Positions 42,294 to 55,617 of a stretch of DNA of 64,000 nucleotides are shown here, one piece after another. The position numbers and the translations under genes were made by a program. Numbering within the stretch: the stretch's first letter is position 1; every line of letters starts with the position of its first letter. The DNA is taken from contig OZ024743.1 of NCBI GenBank assembly GCA_964016885.1, positions 272,986,001-273,050,000 on the forward strand, written 5' to 3'. Under the pieces are notes generated by a model, which saw only the letters and a list, made by a program, of their open reading frames with translations, made no database searches and was not told the DNA's origin. Source of the DNA: Eledone cirrhosa. Its lineage: Eukaryota.

Positions 42294-42366
<73 letters not shown>

Positions 42367-43256
42367 CATATATATATGTATATTCATACACACACACATA
42401 TATATCTATATATATAAATATATATATATGTATATACATACACACACACACATATATATATATATATTCATAGAATAATGAGAAAGACTCAACGCAAGAT
42501 AGCTGTTGAAACAGGAAAATGACGTCAATGTCGGCGTTACAATTTACTTCAAAGGACACTTCGCGGACAGAAGTGATTGGAAGAGAGGAGCGAAGAAAGA
42601 AATGAGCGAGACAAGATCACAGAAACATCATTTCACCTCTTCAACTACCTTACGGGCTGTAGTTTAGCACTAATTTACTTGAGATGTTTACATAAAATTA
42701 CCGTCTTGTGCAGCAGAAAATAAATACTTCTCCTGGTATGTTGTATGCGTGCTGACATTTGATAGACAGCTATATCAGAGAGAGAGAGAGAAGTAAAATG
42801 CATCCACTGGACACCATGTTGCCGAAAGAAAAGACAACCAGCTCTGGCGCTGCGGAAGTGGCATGCGAGAGAGACGGGATAGGGAAGGGAGAGAGAAGAA
42901 AGGAAAGAGCAAGAAGGGGGAGAGAAAAGTGGGGGAGGGAGAGAAAGGAAGAAAGAAGAAGCGAGGGGGAAAAGAAAGAAGTAAAGAAGTAGCCAACGAA
43001 TGTCAGGCCATGGCATCCGTCTAAAAAAAAAAAAGCTTCTATAGCTGTGATAAAAGTGTAAGCAGCTATAGTTGTGATAAAAGTCTACTTATAGGTCAAG
43101 TTGGGGTATTTTACTTGCACTGGCAAACTAGATGCTTCACCTGTCATTTATTGTCACGTGGCAGGAGATGGACCCAGCGAGTGACCTAATTCCACATATC
43201 CCCACATCAATTTGAGAGAGATAAAAACTATTCATACTTCAGGGAACTAACAAAAA

Positions 43257-43296
43257 GGCTTGCTGAATACAAGTCGAAACCGCGAGTCGCGGTCGG
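43257..43296 (+). ncRNA. 3' half of a hammerhead (family K); CUGANGA box not recognisable
   Basis: GGCTTG(CTGAATA)CAAGTC-GAAAC-CGCG-AGT-CGCG-GTC-GGG near the end of a repeat-bounded segment (42470-43310). Confidence 0.45.
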
Positions 43297-44981
43297 GTTT
43301 ATGCCTCCTCCCCTCTCTCTCTCTCACACACACACACTATAATTATATATATATAAATATAAACACGTGAGTGTGTGTATTTATGTATATACATTGTTAA
43401 ATAAAAATGTTTATCGGTAATTAATCAGTTAAAAATAGAGATATCCTTTCTTTTTATTCTAAATCACAGTAATTATTCTCGCTAAAGCGATAAGAATCTT
43501 TCAGTTAGGTATTTATGTATTGTTGTCTAGTTTTATTTCCACGTATCGAAAAAATATTATTGTTTGAGGGTTTGTTTCATGTTGTTTTCTTTCACGATAT
43601 ATAATGCTAAATATAGTTTCCGTTTGTATAACGAAAAAAAATATACATTTCTTATTAATGATCTGAAATCTAAAATTATTCATTTTCCCCTGATATATCA
43701 TGATATGTTTAACTCGCTTTGTGTGAAGTGTTTATAGTTTGTGTAGTTTCTGTGTAACGATCAATGCTACATCTATTGATGATAAGTAGTTTACTGATGT
43801 TGTACCACGCTCTTCTACTAATTTATGTGTGTTCAAGTTGTCCTAACGAATAATGAATTGATATAAAATATGATTAATGTGTTGGCATTTTATGTGTTGA
43901 GAAGCTAAACACGTTACAAACCAATTTTTCTAGTTATCGCAAATTTATACCTGGTTATCTTTGGCAAACTGGAGTTTTATTCACACGGGGATTTATCTCT
44001 AATCATCTACTTACCAGAAAACTGAACTAAGAAAAGTTTTTAATCCGCCATTTGGGATTACGTAGGCACTTATAGTTTTTACTGAATCATGCGGCATCCC
44101 CCCTTGCTGATGACGGAGATCATTCAGTTGTTCAATAAACTGAATACCTAACTTACGAATTAGGTGGGTAAATGGATGAATAGTCCACATGTGTAGCTTT
44201 TAGGTAAATCCTTTTAGGTTGATGCTAAACGCGGAACCCAAATGCCATGTGCTGGAGTCAAACGGGACACACCATGAGTTAAAAGCGACCGTCTTAGTTT
44301 CTCAAGAATTAGAGCGTCCAAGTTTTAAATCCTACAAATGCGAGAAGGAATGCTTTTTTGCTATTCATGTATATCACTTGCATACACACTCATATGCACA
44401 CGCATACAAATACATACCCGCACATTCATACACATACCTATTCTCACATACATATACATGCACACATACTTACAGATGCACACATAGAGATGTACATATA
44501 TATAGATATATAGATATACCCTTAAAGATGTACACATATAGATGAGCGTACAGACATGTGCATATGCATACATGCACACACATATACACTTACTAATATG
44601 CATATATTCATATGAATTATTGAAAATAAACTACGTAAGGTGTATAGTCTGTTCAAACTGTGTGAATCAAGCGCTTGCTTTTCAGTAATGTTCAGTAGTC
44701 TCTCGGATTGTAAATCTTGAATCGCAATGTGATATATATTTCTATTTCTATGAGTTTACACTATAATGGAATATTCATACTATCCGTATTACGTTGAGAT
44801 ATTGAGGAGAAACGTGTTATTTCAAAAGCTGCTTTTCAGATTGTGTGATTGACAAGGGTTTGTCTGTAACTCGGCTAAAACAAATATCACAAATCCACAA
44901 CTACTATATCTGTTAAATATATCACCAACAGATATAAAAATGCATCCATAAAATGATACATATGCATTAATATATACATAT

Positions 44982-45078
<97 letters not shown>

Positions 45079-45486
45079 CATTGATATATACATACATATG
45101 CCAGCATACATGCATACATGTTTACACACATACACAGAGACACACAGTCAGAAACACACAACATGCCCAAACCTACAGGAGACAATTATCCAAGTCTACG
45201 TTCCTTGGGATTCAACCAGGCAAACTCGTGTTTGCACAGCAAACTTCTTAATCCCAGAAGTCTGCTTATACCAAAATCAGTATATTGGCAATATATTCTT
45301 TAAAAAAATTATTCAATGTACTGTAAGTAATTATAAAATATATGTAAATATGAGATCTTATATAGATCATATGGCATTCTGTATAACATTGGAAAATATC
45401 TTCTGAATAAATCATATCTAATTTCAAACTTCAGCTGATTAACTTTAAAAAAAGATCGATTAATATTTGCATCTTGATATTTTCAG

Positions 45487-46074
45487 ATTACATGTAATAA
45501 AATATTCGAAAAACATCACACGCATACATCGAACTAATGCCATATCTCTTATATCTTTGAACACATAACATATAAGTAGTCTTGCATTATGTCTGAAATC
45601 ATGTTTGCACTTTTAGACATAAAAACTTAAATAAGCATAAGTAAGAAATTCAAGCAAATACAGTAGTACATTTTATAAGAACCTCGAAACCAAGAGGAGT
45701 AATATTACAGTATTTAGTTTCAAACCCCTTTTCCTGATGTCAAATTGTGTCAAGGTATAATTTGCCATTAATGTCTTGAAACTGAGATATTAATGGAAAA
45801 TTATGCCATGACACGATTTGACATCAGGAAATAGGGGTATGAAACTAAATAATGTAAGATTACTCCTCTTAATTTCTAGGTCCTTATAGATGTACTACTG
45901 TAACTACTTGAATTTCTTACTTATACTTATTTAAGTTTTTATGTCTAAAAGTGTAAACATGATTTCAGACATAATGCAAGACTACTTATATGTTATGTGT
46001 TCAAAGATATAAGACATATGGCATTAGTTTGATATATGTGTGTGATGTTTTTCGGATATATCATTACATGTAAT
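45487..46074. repeat. ~590-bp diverged palindrome (MITE/fold-back-like)
   Basis: Arms are reverse complementary (e.g. CATATAAGTAGTCTTGCATTATGTCTGAAATCATGTTT) with scattered mismatches. Centre is about 45780; no hammerhead seen. Confidence 0.85.
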
Positions 46075-47432
46075 TTACATGTAATTTGACTATTGTCACC
46101 AGCTTAATCCACATTTGAAAGTAGCGTATATGCCTTTAAATGATTACTTCATTGTAAAATGAAATATTCTAAAGCCTACCCATAGATTGATTTCATATAA
46201 ATTCAGATAAATCAGCTTATAAACACCGAAAGGACAATGCGCATGCTTGTAGTATTTGGATGACCATCTCATAGTGATTCATTAGATCATTCAATGACAT
46301 TCCGAAAAATTAACATAGTAAGGCTAAAGAGTTTGAATTTATTAAGGTGTGTTTGTATTTTAATAGTAAAATACTAGTTATCTATTGTTGTATATTATTT
46401 ATCATCAAACATCAGTTCACCTGAAATGCTTAGTAATATTTCGTTACAACTCTGATTTCGAATTGAAACGAAATTGACCTATCATTTCAAACATCCTGGT
46501 AAATGAAATAAATAAGTACCAAATCATTAATTCGATGGGATATATATACACCGGACCTCTGCGATTTCTGTTGCCCACACAGCACTCACAAGGCATTGGC
46601 CAATGCGTGTCTATACTAGAGGACTGATACGCTAACTGCCGCGCAGTGAAATTGAACTTTCGACTGAGTTCTTTGTGAAGGGAACTACTTAACCACCAGT
46701 CATGTATATTTCTCATCATTTAAGAGAATATTCAATAATCAAATGTTTTTGTTGCATTTTATACATAAACATTTCCTGCAATTTTGTAATTTTCCGATAT
46801 TCAATAACTTCAAATACTTACATTATAGACACGTTTGTGTTATTCAGTTATAAATACACACTAAAATAGATTTATTTCCAGTTCTCATGAGATACATTAT
46901 TAATAAATATTTGTTTGTATTATTATTTATTTCTCACAGTCCTATCATTTAAGTTTATCTATAAATATATATTTGATGTACTGATAATTTATTATCGCTG
47001 AATTTATATATAAATATATATCAGAGAAACACTAAATTCTGCAAAATGCACACGCTCACACGCACGCAGAGTACGGACGTTAGAACACAAAACGTTTACC
47101 ATTTTAAACAGATTTTATCTCGCTTATTTGTATCAATCATGAAAAAAACAAATCATAAACAAATCTATTTTAAACAACAACACTACAGATATTTAAAAAC
47201 GGAAAATGAAGGGAAAGACTTGAGGTCTGGGGTTAGGAAGAATGGGAGGGTGAAGGGGATGATGGGCTCAAGGCCTAATGTATAGTTGTGTTGGGACTGT
47301 GCCCCACGGACAAGACCACAAAAGTATCAATTATTTCTTCCTTTCAGCTCCCTAGCGTTCACTCCTATTTCACGTCTAGCGTCACCCGAACCCTCACTGC
47401 GCAGAACTACGCGCAAATACAAGGAAAATTCA

Positions 47433-47486
47433 CCATATGCTTGGGATACTCCATATGCTTGGGATACTCCATATGCTTTGGATACA
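47433..47486 (+). repeat. 18-bp tandem repeat x3
   Basis: CCATATGCTTGGGATACT at 47433, 47451 and 47469. Confidence 0.9.
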
Positions 47487-49059
47487 CCAACGGAGGATAT
47501 TCATAAATATATAAGTGTTGGCCGGAGGTTGCCCAATTTACATCGACGACCTTCGTAAACTAATGTGTATAAATATACATACACACATACATACATACAT
47601 ATATACATATAGAACACACACACATAAACATACACACACGCACGCACACGCACACACACACATACACGCACGCACACACACACACATGCACACAGACATA
47701 CACACACACTTATATATATATGAGAAGGCATTGGTCAAACTTAGGCTATAGTACGAGATATTACCCCAAGGTGCCAAGCAATAGGATTTAACTTGAAATC
47801 CCATGTTTCCGCACTCCGCAACCACATGGTCATGCATCAGTCTATATATCTAACACATACATACCAATCTTAAACATCCCATTGAGCCAATGACAATGAC
47901 TGAGCCTAAAGAACCAAATATATCTATCTGGTATGTCCATATGCATCTATGTGTAATGTTCCAATTATTCACAAAGTCTCTCAGTCACATTAACCGACAC
48001 TTCGAATTTTTTGGCAATGTAACCAGTATTATGTCAATTCAGCCATTTGTATGTGATATACATTTGAGTCATTAGTTATGTAAAGATTTGGTATGTCTTT
48101 TTTCAATTAGAATCAGATTGACGTATCTTTCGTAGAAAAGCACTAATTTAATTTCTTAAAGGAAACCAACTATTTTGAGTGTAAAAGGATGGGAACAATA
48201 TCTTCATGGGGTACACTTCTGAATAATCTTCGATATGTCGATATGTCGTCATATAGAAATGAAATACTCAATGACATTGTAGTGCTGTTTCTTTGAAGAA
48301 CAGCCTGGGGAGTAACTGTATTATATGCCACTAAACACGTGGGATATAAAGTATGTGTTATCATAAAATATACATACATTTTATTGCTATGTTTTCTGTT
48401 TCATTTATGTATCGTCCCAGAAGTAAGAAATATGAAGGAAAACCCAAAATCTTGCACTAAAAAATAAACAAAGACTTCCATAAATTGACCTGCTAAAATT
48501 GAATTGGCATGCCGTTAGTAAAACGGAGAAGCACATTACAGGGAATAGAAATTACATTGAGATATTCGTGTCTTTTTGAAGAAATTTCATTTCAAAGAAA
48601 GGATGACATAGAGCAGATCTATGATTAAAGGCAATTCAGCCGACGCACTCCCACCGTTTCAGCAGTATCTCTAAGAACTACTCCATCAAATTTGTCATTT
48701 TCGCCAAAGATATAGAGAACGAGCTGTCTGTTATTCCTTGCAGATAAAACGCCTACATGATCGTTTGATCTTCTAGGACTTAGAAACGGAAGACATTGAA
48801 TCAACCTATAGAAATAAAGCTCTCAGCATAGAAATGAAAATGTATTACCAAATAATGTACTTGGGTGATCCACTGATTCAGTTAATTAGTTGCGTGTTAG
48901 TGGCTTTATTCTACAGTAATATATTTCTGAACGTAGTTTATTATCATATTATTTTTGAGGACTTGCATAGAAAGATTGATTCCATTGTAAATTTCTTAAT
49001 AAGAGTACTAGTAGAATACGAAATGGTGATCAGATGAGAAAAGGGTAGGATTCAAGTTA

Positions 49060-49660
49060 ATTGCAATAATCAGAATATAGCAACCAACATTAAGCTAAAC
49101 GGAAGATGACACGAAGTAGTGGACAGCTTGAAGTACAAAATATCCACTCTGATCAAAAGGATATACTGACAAGAGTCGCCTTGGCCACTCCTACCATGGT
49201 AAACCTGAATGCCATATGGAAAAACAACTCCGTCAATTTTCCAACGAAGCTCATACAATGAACGTCCTTGACGACTGATACTTTTGTATGGACGTGAGTG
49301 TTGAACTCCCACAGCTCACGTGGAACGAAGAATCCACTCATTCGAATGCAAGGGCTTCAGAAGTTTGCTGCTCATGCCATACACGGCTCACAAATCAAAC
49401 AGCTTTTTCAGGCAGCAAGTTAACAAATATTATGGCAGGCATGAACCATTCCTTGTGATGGTGAAAAATCCAACGCCTGATTGGTATGGTCATGTATCCC
49501 TCCACAACTCCTTATCTAAATCCATCCTTCAGGGAACAGACAAAGAAAATCCTGGTCCGACAACATTAAAGACCGGACTGGACACAGCACCGATAATATT
49601 ATACGTAAGCCGGAGTATGGAGACAAGTGGTGATGACGGAGCATAGAGACCAGTGGTGAT
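49060..49660 (+). mobile_element. Decayed RTE LINE 3' fragment
   Basis: EVVDSLKY, ERRIHSFECKGFRSLL and WYGHVSLHNSLSKSILQGT motifs. Confidence 0.8.
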
Positions 49661-49684
49661 GACTTACTGCGAGAGCGTCTAGAG

Positions 49685-50340
49685 CATTGGTTCCCAACCA
49701 GGGGGCCATGGCCCACCAGTGGGCCATAGCAAGTTATTGGGGGAGCCACGGGAATTAACTAAAAATCACAAAATTTCATACATAAAAAAAGAAGAGTAGT
49801 TTCCTAACATATTTTTTTCTTTTTCTTGCTTCACATTTTTATATTCAACTTTTTATCAACTTTCTACCTTTTCTAATTATGATTTTACTTCACTTGATAA
49901 TTATTTAAATCTGGATATAACAATTTATGTTTTAGTAAATAAACTTAGTAAAGAAACTTATTTTTATAACAGGATATATGTTAATTATTTTAGTAAATTT
50001 CTCATTGACAAAATTACTTTGACTATTTTGAAGTACATTTCATTATTTATTTTAGTAAATTTATCATTTAAAACTGGATATAGAAAACAAATAATTACAG
50101 AAATCTCATTAATTTGTTCTTTGAAGTTAAATAATATATTCTTATTTTAATGTTTTTTGTTGAAAAAGGGTTTATAATAAGTTTAAAATGATTTGATTGA
50201 AATAAAAATACATGCCGAAATTATTTCTATATAAAAGAATTATATCAAATATTTAATTTTTTTTTTTGGTGGGGGGGGGGGGATACTGTTTTCCTATATC
50301 ATTAACGTGGAATTTATTATAAAATGTTGGGAACTCTAGA
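49685..50340 (+). mobile_element. Non-autonomous hAT (Charlie-type) DNA transposon/MITE
   Basis: Termini CATTGGTTCCCAAC / GTTGGGAAC, with 8-bp TSD-like GTCTAGAG (49677-49684) and TTCTAGAG (50341-50348) matching the NTCTAGAN preference. Confidence 0.75.
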
Positions 50341-50844
50341 TTCTAGAGTAACACCCAACGTCTAGCTGCTCCAGTTGTGGGAACAAGATGAAGACGAGTT
50401 TCTTAGTATTTATACAATCTAGAATACATTTCTATAGGAAAACGATAATTATGATATGCAATAAATTTAAAAGGGCATTGACGATAAAAGTAAAATAAAA
50501 AGCTTGAATGGAAACAATATTGAACACTGAACAAACCAAGTGTCCATTAAAATGTAGAATTCCGTTTGAAAATATATCTGCACCAGCCTTTATTATCAGA
50601 ATAAATTAACATTTTCTTTACATCTTGAAATAATTTGTTCTCATATTCTCTTCTTAATTAGAGATAGCATTAATAATATTATCAAGATTTTGCCGTGGTT
50701 TATTTATGGATGTGTGAGCTTGTCTACATCTAAATTGTAAATGGTTAATGATTAATTCAATTGGAAACATCTATATCTGAAAGAAAGGAAATAATTGACA
50801 TATCAAACTGACGGTTATGTAAGCTCTATTGCCTGGAATACCTT

Positions 50845-50876
<32 letters not shown>

Positions 50877-50898
50877 TGTATGTATGTATGTATGTATG

Positions 50899-52098
50899 TC
50901 CCATGGTCGGGTCGTTGGCGACTAAACTGACAACCCCACCAAGGTTTCTTGGTGAGGAGGGTGACTTTGGACATCCTGCAGGACTAAAAGCAAAACCTGT
51001 CAAAGGGAAAAGGAGCTCTTAAGAGTCAATGGCCATGCAAAATCACCGGGAGAGATGACCCTTTAGCCTTTGTCAAGGCAGAATTCTAGGAGAAGGAAAA
51101 CTCTCATATAACACCTGCAACTCTGATGGTATCCAATGATGTTGACTTGTTCTTCTATTTGGCAAATATCATCTTGGTTAAGAGAGTGGGACTGGCTTTG
51201 TGCAGTGCCTTTGCTCACTATAAAAGCTTCACGGCACAGGCATTGCTTTATATCTGGAGATCTCTCTGCACTTGTCGTCACATGGTACCATGGGCCCAGC
51301 ACTATGTGTCAATAATTGTCACAAGTGTAGTGTTTGTACCAGAGTTTTCAAGTCGGTGGCTGGACTAAAATGTCACATTCGTTCAGCGCATCGGTCGGAG
51401 TTCTCCTACATGGATATAAAGTAGTGGCCGTACACGAAAACGAGTTGGCAGCCACCATGTATGTATGTATGTATGTATGTATGTATGTATGTCAGGTCAC
51501 CAGTTGGTGCTACTGGTAACATGTATCCCAGTACAACCTGTCCCATGGTCGGGTCGTTGGCGACTAAACTGGCAACCCCACCAAGGTTTCTTGGTGAGGA
51601 GGGTGACTTTGGACATCCTGCAGGACTAAAAACAAAACCTGTCAAAGGGCAAAGGAGCTCTTAAGAGTCAATGGCCATCCAAAATCACCGGGAGAGATGA
51701 CCCCTTAGCCTTTGTCAAGGCAGAATTCTAGGAGAAGGAAAACTCTGATATAACACCTGCAACCCTGATGGTATCCAATGATGTTGACTTGTTCTTCTTT
51801 TTGGTAAATATCATCTTGGTTAAGAGAGTGGGACTGGCTTTGTGCAGTGCCTTTGCTCACTATAAAATCTTCACGGCACAGGCATTGCTTTATATCTGGA
51901 GATCTCTCTGCACTTGTCGTCACATGGTACCATGGGCCCAGCACTATGTGTCAGTAATTGTCACAAGTGTAGTGTTTGTACCAGAGTTTTCAAGTCGCAG
52001 GCTGGACTAAAAAGTCACACTCGTTCAGCGCATCGGTAGGGGTTCTCCTACATGGATATAAAGTAGTGGCCGTACTCGAAAACCAGTTGGCAGCCACC
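50899..52098 (+). mobile_element. Two tandem copies of the RTE-derived retroposon (50899-51457 5'-truncated; 51492-52098), separated and flanked by (TATG)n
   Basis: Both match 33481-34086, and each ends GAGTTGGCAGCCACC/CAGTTGGCAGCCACC followed by (ATGT)n. Confidence 0.85.
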
Positions 52099-52308
52099 AT
52101 GTATGTATGTATGTATGTATGTATGTATGTATGTATGTATGTATGTATGTATGTATGTATGTATGCATGCATGCATGCATGCATGCATGTATGTATGTAT
52201 GCATGTATGTATGTATGTGTATATGTATATATGTATGTATATATAGAAATAACTTCTACAGGACTGGAAATGTTTCATACGTATAAATATATATATATAT
52301 ATATATAA

Positions 52309-52347
<39 letters not shown>

Positions 52348-52429
52348 TATATATATAAAAATATATATATATATATATATAAATAAATATATATATATAT
52401 ATATATTTATTTATATATATATATTTAAA

Positions 52430-52655
52430 TGCTGGATGCACTTCCTAACACCAACCTCATTTACACTGAGTCATGGGTGCTTTTTTGCCGTGGCACCTCT
52501 ACGACCACTTTGCAGTGGAATGATATGGACCCCAGTCCCTATCATCTCGTTTCTACAGCTGGGTAAACTGGAGCAATGTGAAATAAAGTGTCTTGCTCAA
52601 GGAAACAATACATCACCCGGTCTGAGAATTGATCTCACAACCTTTCGATTGCAAG

Positions 52656-52658
<3 letters not shown>
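52430..52658 (-). mobile_element. Fragment of a second SINE-like family
   Basis: GCTGGGTAAACTGGAGCAATGTGAAATAAAGTGTCTTGCTCAAGGAAACAA...GAGAATTGATCTC, with a B-box-like motif on the minus strand. Confidence 0.55.
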
Positions 52659-52705
<47 letters not shown>

Positions 52706-52708
<3 letters not shown>

Positions 52709-53584
52709 GTAAAATAAGGAAATTATAAAATTAGCTTACTTACTAAAATATCACTTCCAACTAATTGGTTTCTGGAATGGAGTAAATATATTTTTCGAAG
52801 AATAATATGGAGAAGCATTCCGTCGTCAGGAAAGTCTATTCTCATGTAAGTTTCCAGGCAAAGCGAGGACACTGGACACTTATTAAAAAATAATTCAGTG
52901 GTTAGGAAATAGCGAAGCGTGGACTGAATTCCAAGCCATTGAGAAAATCACTGCCTCTACGTCTGTGGCAAATTCAAAAAGAATCGAACACGTGACATAG
53001 AGGTCAATCAGTGGAAAGTGGTTTGCTAATAAGACAGCGGCCTGCCTACAACCGTAGCAGCAGTCATGGCCAATATTGCTCGACAAATAATTTGGAGATA
53101 ATAATAAAGAATTCATATCTAGTAACATATATATACATACAATGCTAGCAAATATATAGGTTTTGTCTTAATAACAGTGTGGTTCAATGCATGGGGTTGC
53201 AGAACAATAATATAAGAGACGTAAAATAAGAAAATTATAAAATTAACTTACTTACTAAAATATCACTTCCAACTAATTAGTTTCTGGAATGGAGTAAATA
53301 TATTTTCCGAAGAATAATATAGAAAAGCATTCCGAAGAATAATATAGAGAAGCATTCTCTATATTATTCTTCGGAAAATATATTTACTCCATTCCAGAAA
53401 CTAATTAGTTGGAAGTGATATTTTAGTAAGTAAGTTAATTTTATAATTTTCTTATTTTACGTCTCTTATATTATTGTTCTGCAACCCCATGCATTGAACA
53501 ACACTGATATTAAAACAAAACCTATATATTTGCTAGCATTGATATGCATCTGTATGTATATATATGTTACTAGATATGAATTCT

Positions 53585-53592
<8 letters not shown>
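52706..53592 (-). mobile_element. PLE-like element (family L): direct repeats 512 bp apart plus fold-back arm, bounded by (TA)n
   Basis: GACGTAAAATAAG at 52706 and 53218. 53357-53592 is the reverse complement of about 53098-53330. Confidence 0.85.
52753..52835 (-). ncRNA. Type I hammerhead with long stem II (family L)
   Basis: Minus strand: ACTTTC-CTGACGA-C-GGAATG...CATTCC-A-GAAAC-CAATTA-GTT-GGAAGT. Other copies have the palindromic AACTAATTAGTT loop III. Confidence 0.8.
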
Positions 53593-53671
<79 letters not shown>

Positions 53672-53678
53672 TATATAC

Positions 53679-53716
<38 letters not shown>

Positions 53717-53854
53717 AGTGTAAGTTTCTACAGAAAACGAAGGTTACAGAGAAAATTGAGGTTGGTAATGGCACATGAAATATATAAGAGACAGAATACT
53801 TTTTTGTGAAAAAACATATAATTTTATAAGGTAAGGAAATAATAAAGGGTATAA

Positions 53855-53902
53855 AAAATGACCGGTTTCGATGGGTCTGCAAAAGCCATCTTTTCAAATG
53901 TT
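53855..53902 (-). ncRNA. Minimal U3:A8 hammerhead (family M, left arm)
   Basis: Reverse complement of 55435-55482. Confidence 0.75.
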
Positions 53903-54264
53903 GATTAATATTAAGAAAAATTAATAATAAGAAGAGTTAAAATTTGAGATTTGAAAATTCAAGTATAAAATTCAGTGTGGGATTTCATAGTAGTTTTCAT
54001 CTTGGTAGCAGCAAGTTGACTGCTGTGTGCCTTTCTGGTAGTGAATAAGGAGTTATTTGGGGGAGTGGGTTATTTTATAAAGGTCAGATTTAGCAATGGC
54101 CAGATGGCCAGCTGCTGGTCAGTGAGGGGGTGGAAGCAATATACATACATATATCTCCCTGTAGTCGGTAGGAGAGGGGAGGGTGATAGAAAGGGATTTA
54201 GTGCACTTACACCTATATATACACACATACCCTCATCCACACACACATACATATACATATACAT

Positions 54265-54312
<48 letters not shown>

Positions 54313-55039
54313 TTATATATACATATACACACATACATACACACACACATACATATACATACACACATACACACACACACATATACACATACACACACAT
54401 ATATATATATACACACACACACATATAGTATATACATACACATACATCCAGATACACACATACATACACACACACACACACACACAAATACATACACACA
54501 CACACATATATATACATACACACATACAAACACACACACACACACATATATACACATACACACACATATATATACACACACACACACATATATATACACA
54601 TACGCATACATCCAGATACACACATACATACACACACACAATACATACACATACATACATCGACATGCACACACATACACACCCACACACACACGCACAT
54701 AGACATACATACACCCACACACATAGAGAAATGGCCTCTAAATATATATATATACATACATACACATATATTTTGCGTATGTGTATATATATGTGTGTGT
54801 GTGTGTATATATATATGTGTATGTATGTGTATATGTGTGTGTGTGTGTGTTTGTATGTGTGTATATATATATATGTGTGTGTGTGTGTGTATGTGTGTGT
54901 GTGTATGTATGTGTGTATCTGGATGTATGTGTATGTATATATATATGTGTGTGTGTGTATATATATATATGTGTGTGCATGTGTATATGTGTGTGTGTGT
55001 GTGTGTATGTATATGCATGTGTGTGTGTATGTATGTGTG

Positions 55040-55078
<39 letters not shown>

Positions 55079-55434
55079 ATGTATATGTATGTGTGTGTGG
55101 ATGAGAGTATGTGTGTATATATAGGTGTAAGTGCACTAAATCCCTTTCTATCACTCTCCCCTCTCCTACCGACCACAGGGAGATATATGTATGTATATTG
55201 CTTCCACCCCCTCACTGACCAGCAGCTGGCCATCTGGCCATTGCTAAATCTGACCTTTATAAAATAACCCACTCCCCCAAATAACTCCTCATTCACTACC
55301 AGAAAGGCACACAGCAGTCAACTTGCTGCTACCAAGATGAAAACAACTATGAAATCCCACACTGAATTTTATACTTGAATTTTCAAATCTCAAATTTTAA
55401 CTCTTCTTATTATTAATTTTTCTTAATATTAATC

Positions 55435-55482
55435 AACATTTGAAAAGATGGCTTTTGCAGACCCATCGAAACCGGTCATTTT
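55435..55482 (+). ncRNA. Minimal U3:A8 hammerhead (family M, right arm)
   Basis: AACAT-TTGAAAA-GATGG(CTTTTGCAGAC)CCATC-GAAAC-CG-GTC-ATTTT. Stem I is weak. Confidence 0.75.
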
Positions 55483-55583
55483 TTATACCCTTTATTATTT
55501 CCTTACCTTATAAAATTATATGTTTTTTCACAAAAAAGTATTCTGTCTCTTATATATTCCATGTGCCATTACCAACCTCAATT

Positions 55584-55617
<34 letters not shown>

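Larger units (their letters stand above)
41052..42297. mobile_element. Retrozyme/PLE pseudo-LTR-like array (family J): inverted partial copy plus two direct 466-bp units
   Basis: CAATTTATCGTTTTCGGTATGCC at 41425 and 41891. 41052-41426 is the reverse complement of part of the unit, and the array is TA-bounded. Confidence 0.9.
53713..55587. mobile_element. ~1.85-kb palindromic PLE-like element (family M) with inverted CA/TG microsatellite centre
   Basis: 53750-54260 is the near-exact reverse complement of 55080-55587. The CA-rich tract mirrors the TG-rich tract, and the element is TA-bounded. Confidence 0.9.

Noticed and set aside
41065-42478. Repeated 66-112-aa ORFs in family J
   Set aside because: They recur only because the DNA is repeated, are low complexity and have no recognisable motif.
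44103-44170. CTGATGA followed by hairpins
   Set aside because: No GAAA/NUH box or closing stem I was found.
47286-47558. ORF with PYAWDT repeats
   Set aside because: Explained by an 18-bp tandem repeat; no ATG start or splice support.
54041-55296. 408-aa and 327-aa ORFs
   Set aside because: They are translations of CA/TG/TA microsatellites within a palindrome ([12 protein letters not shown]) with no domain content.
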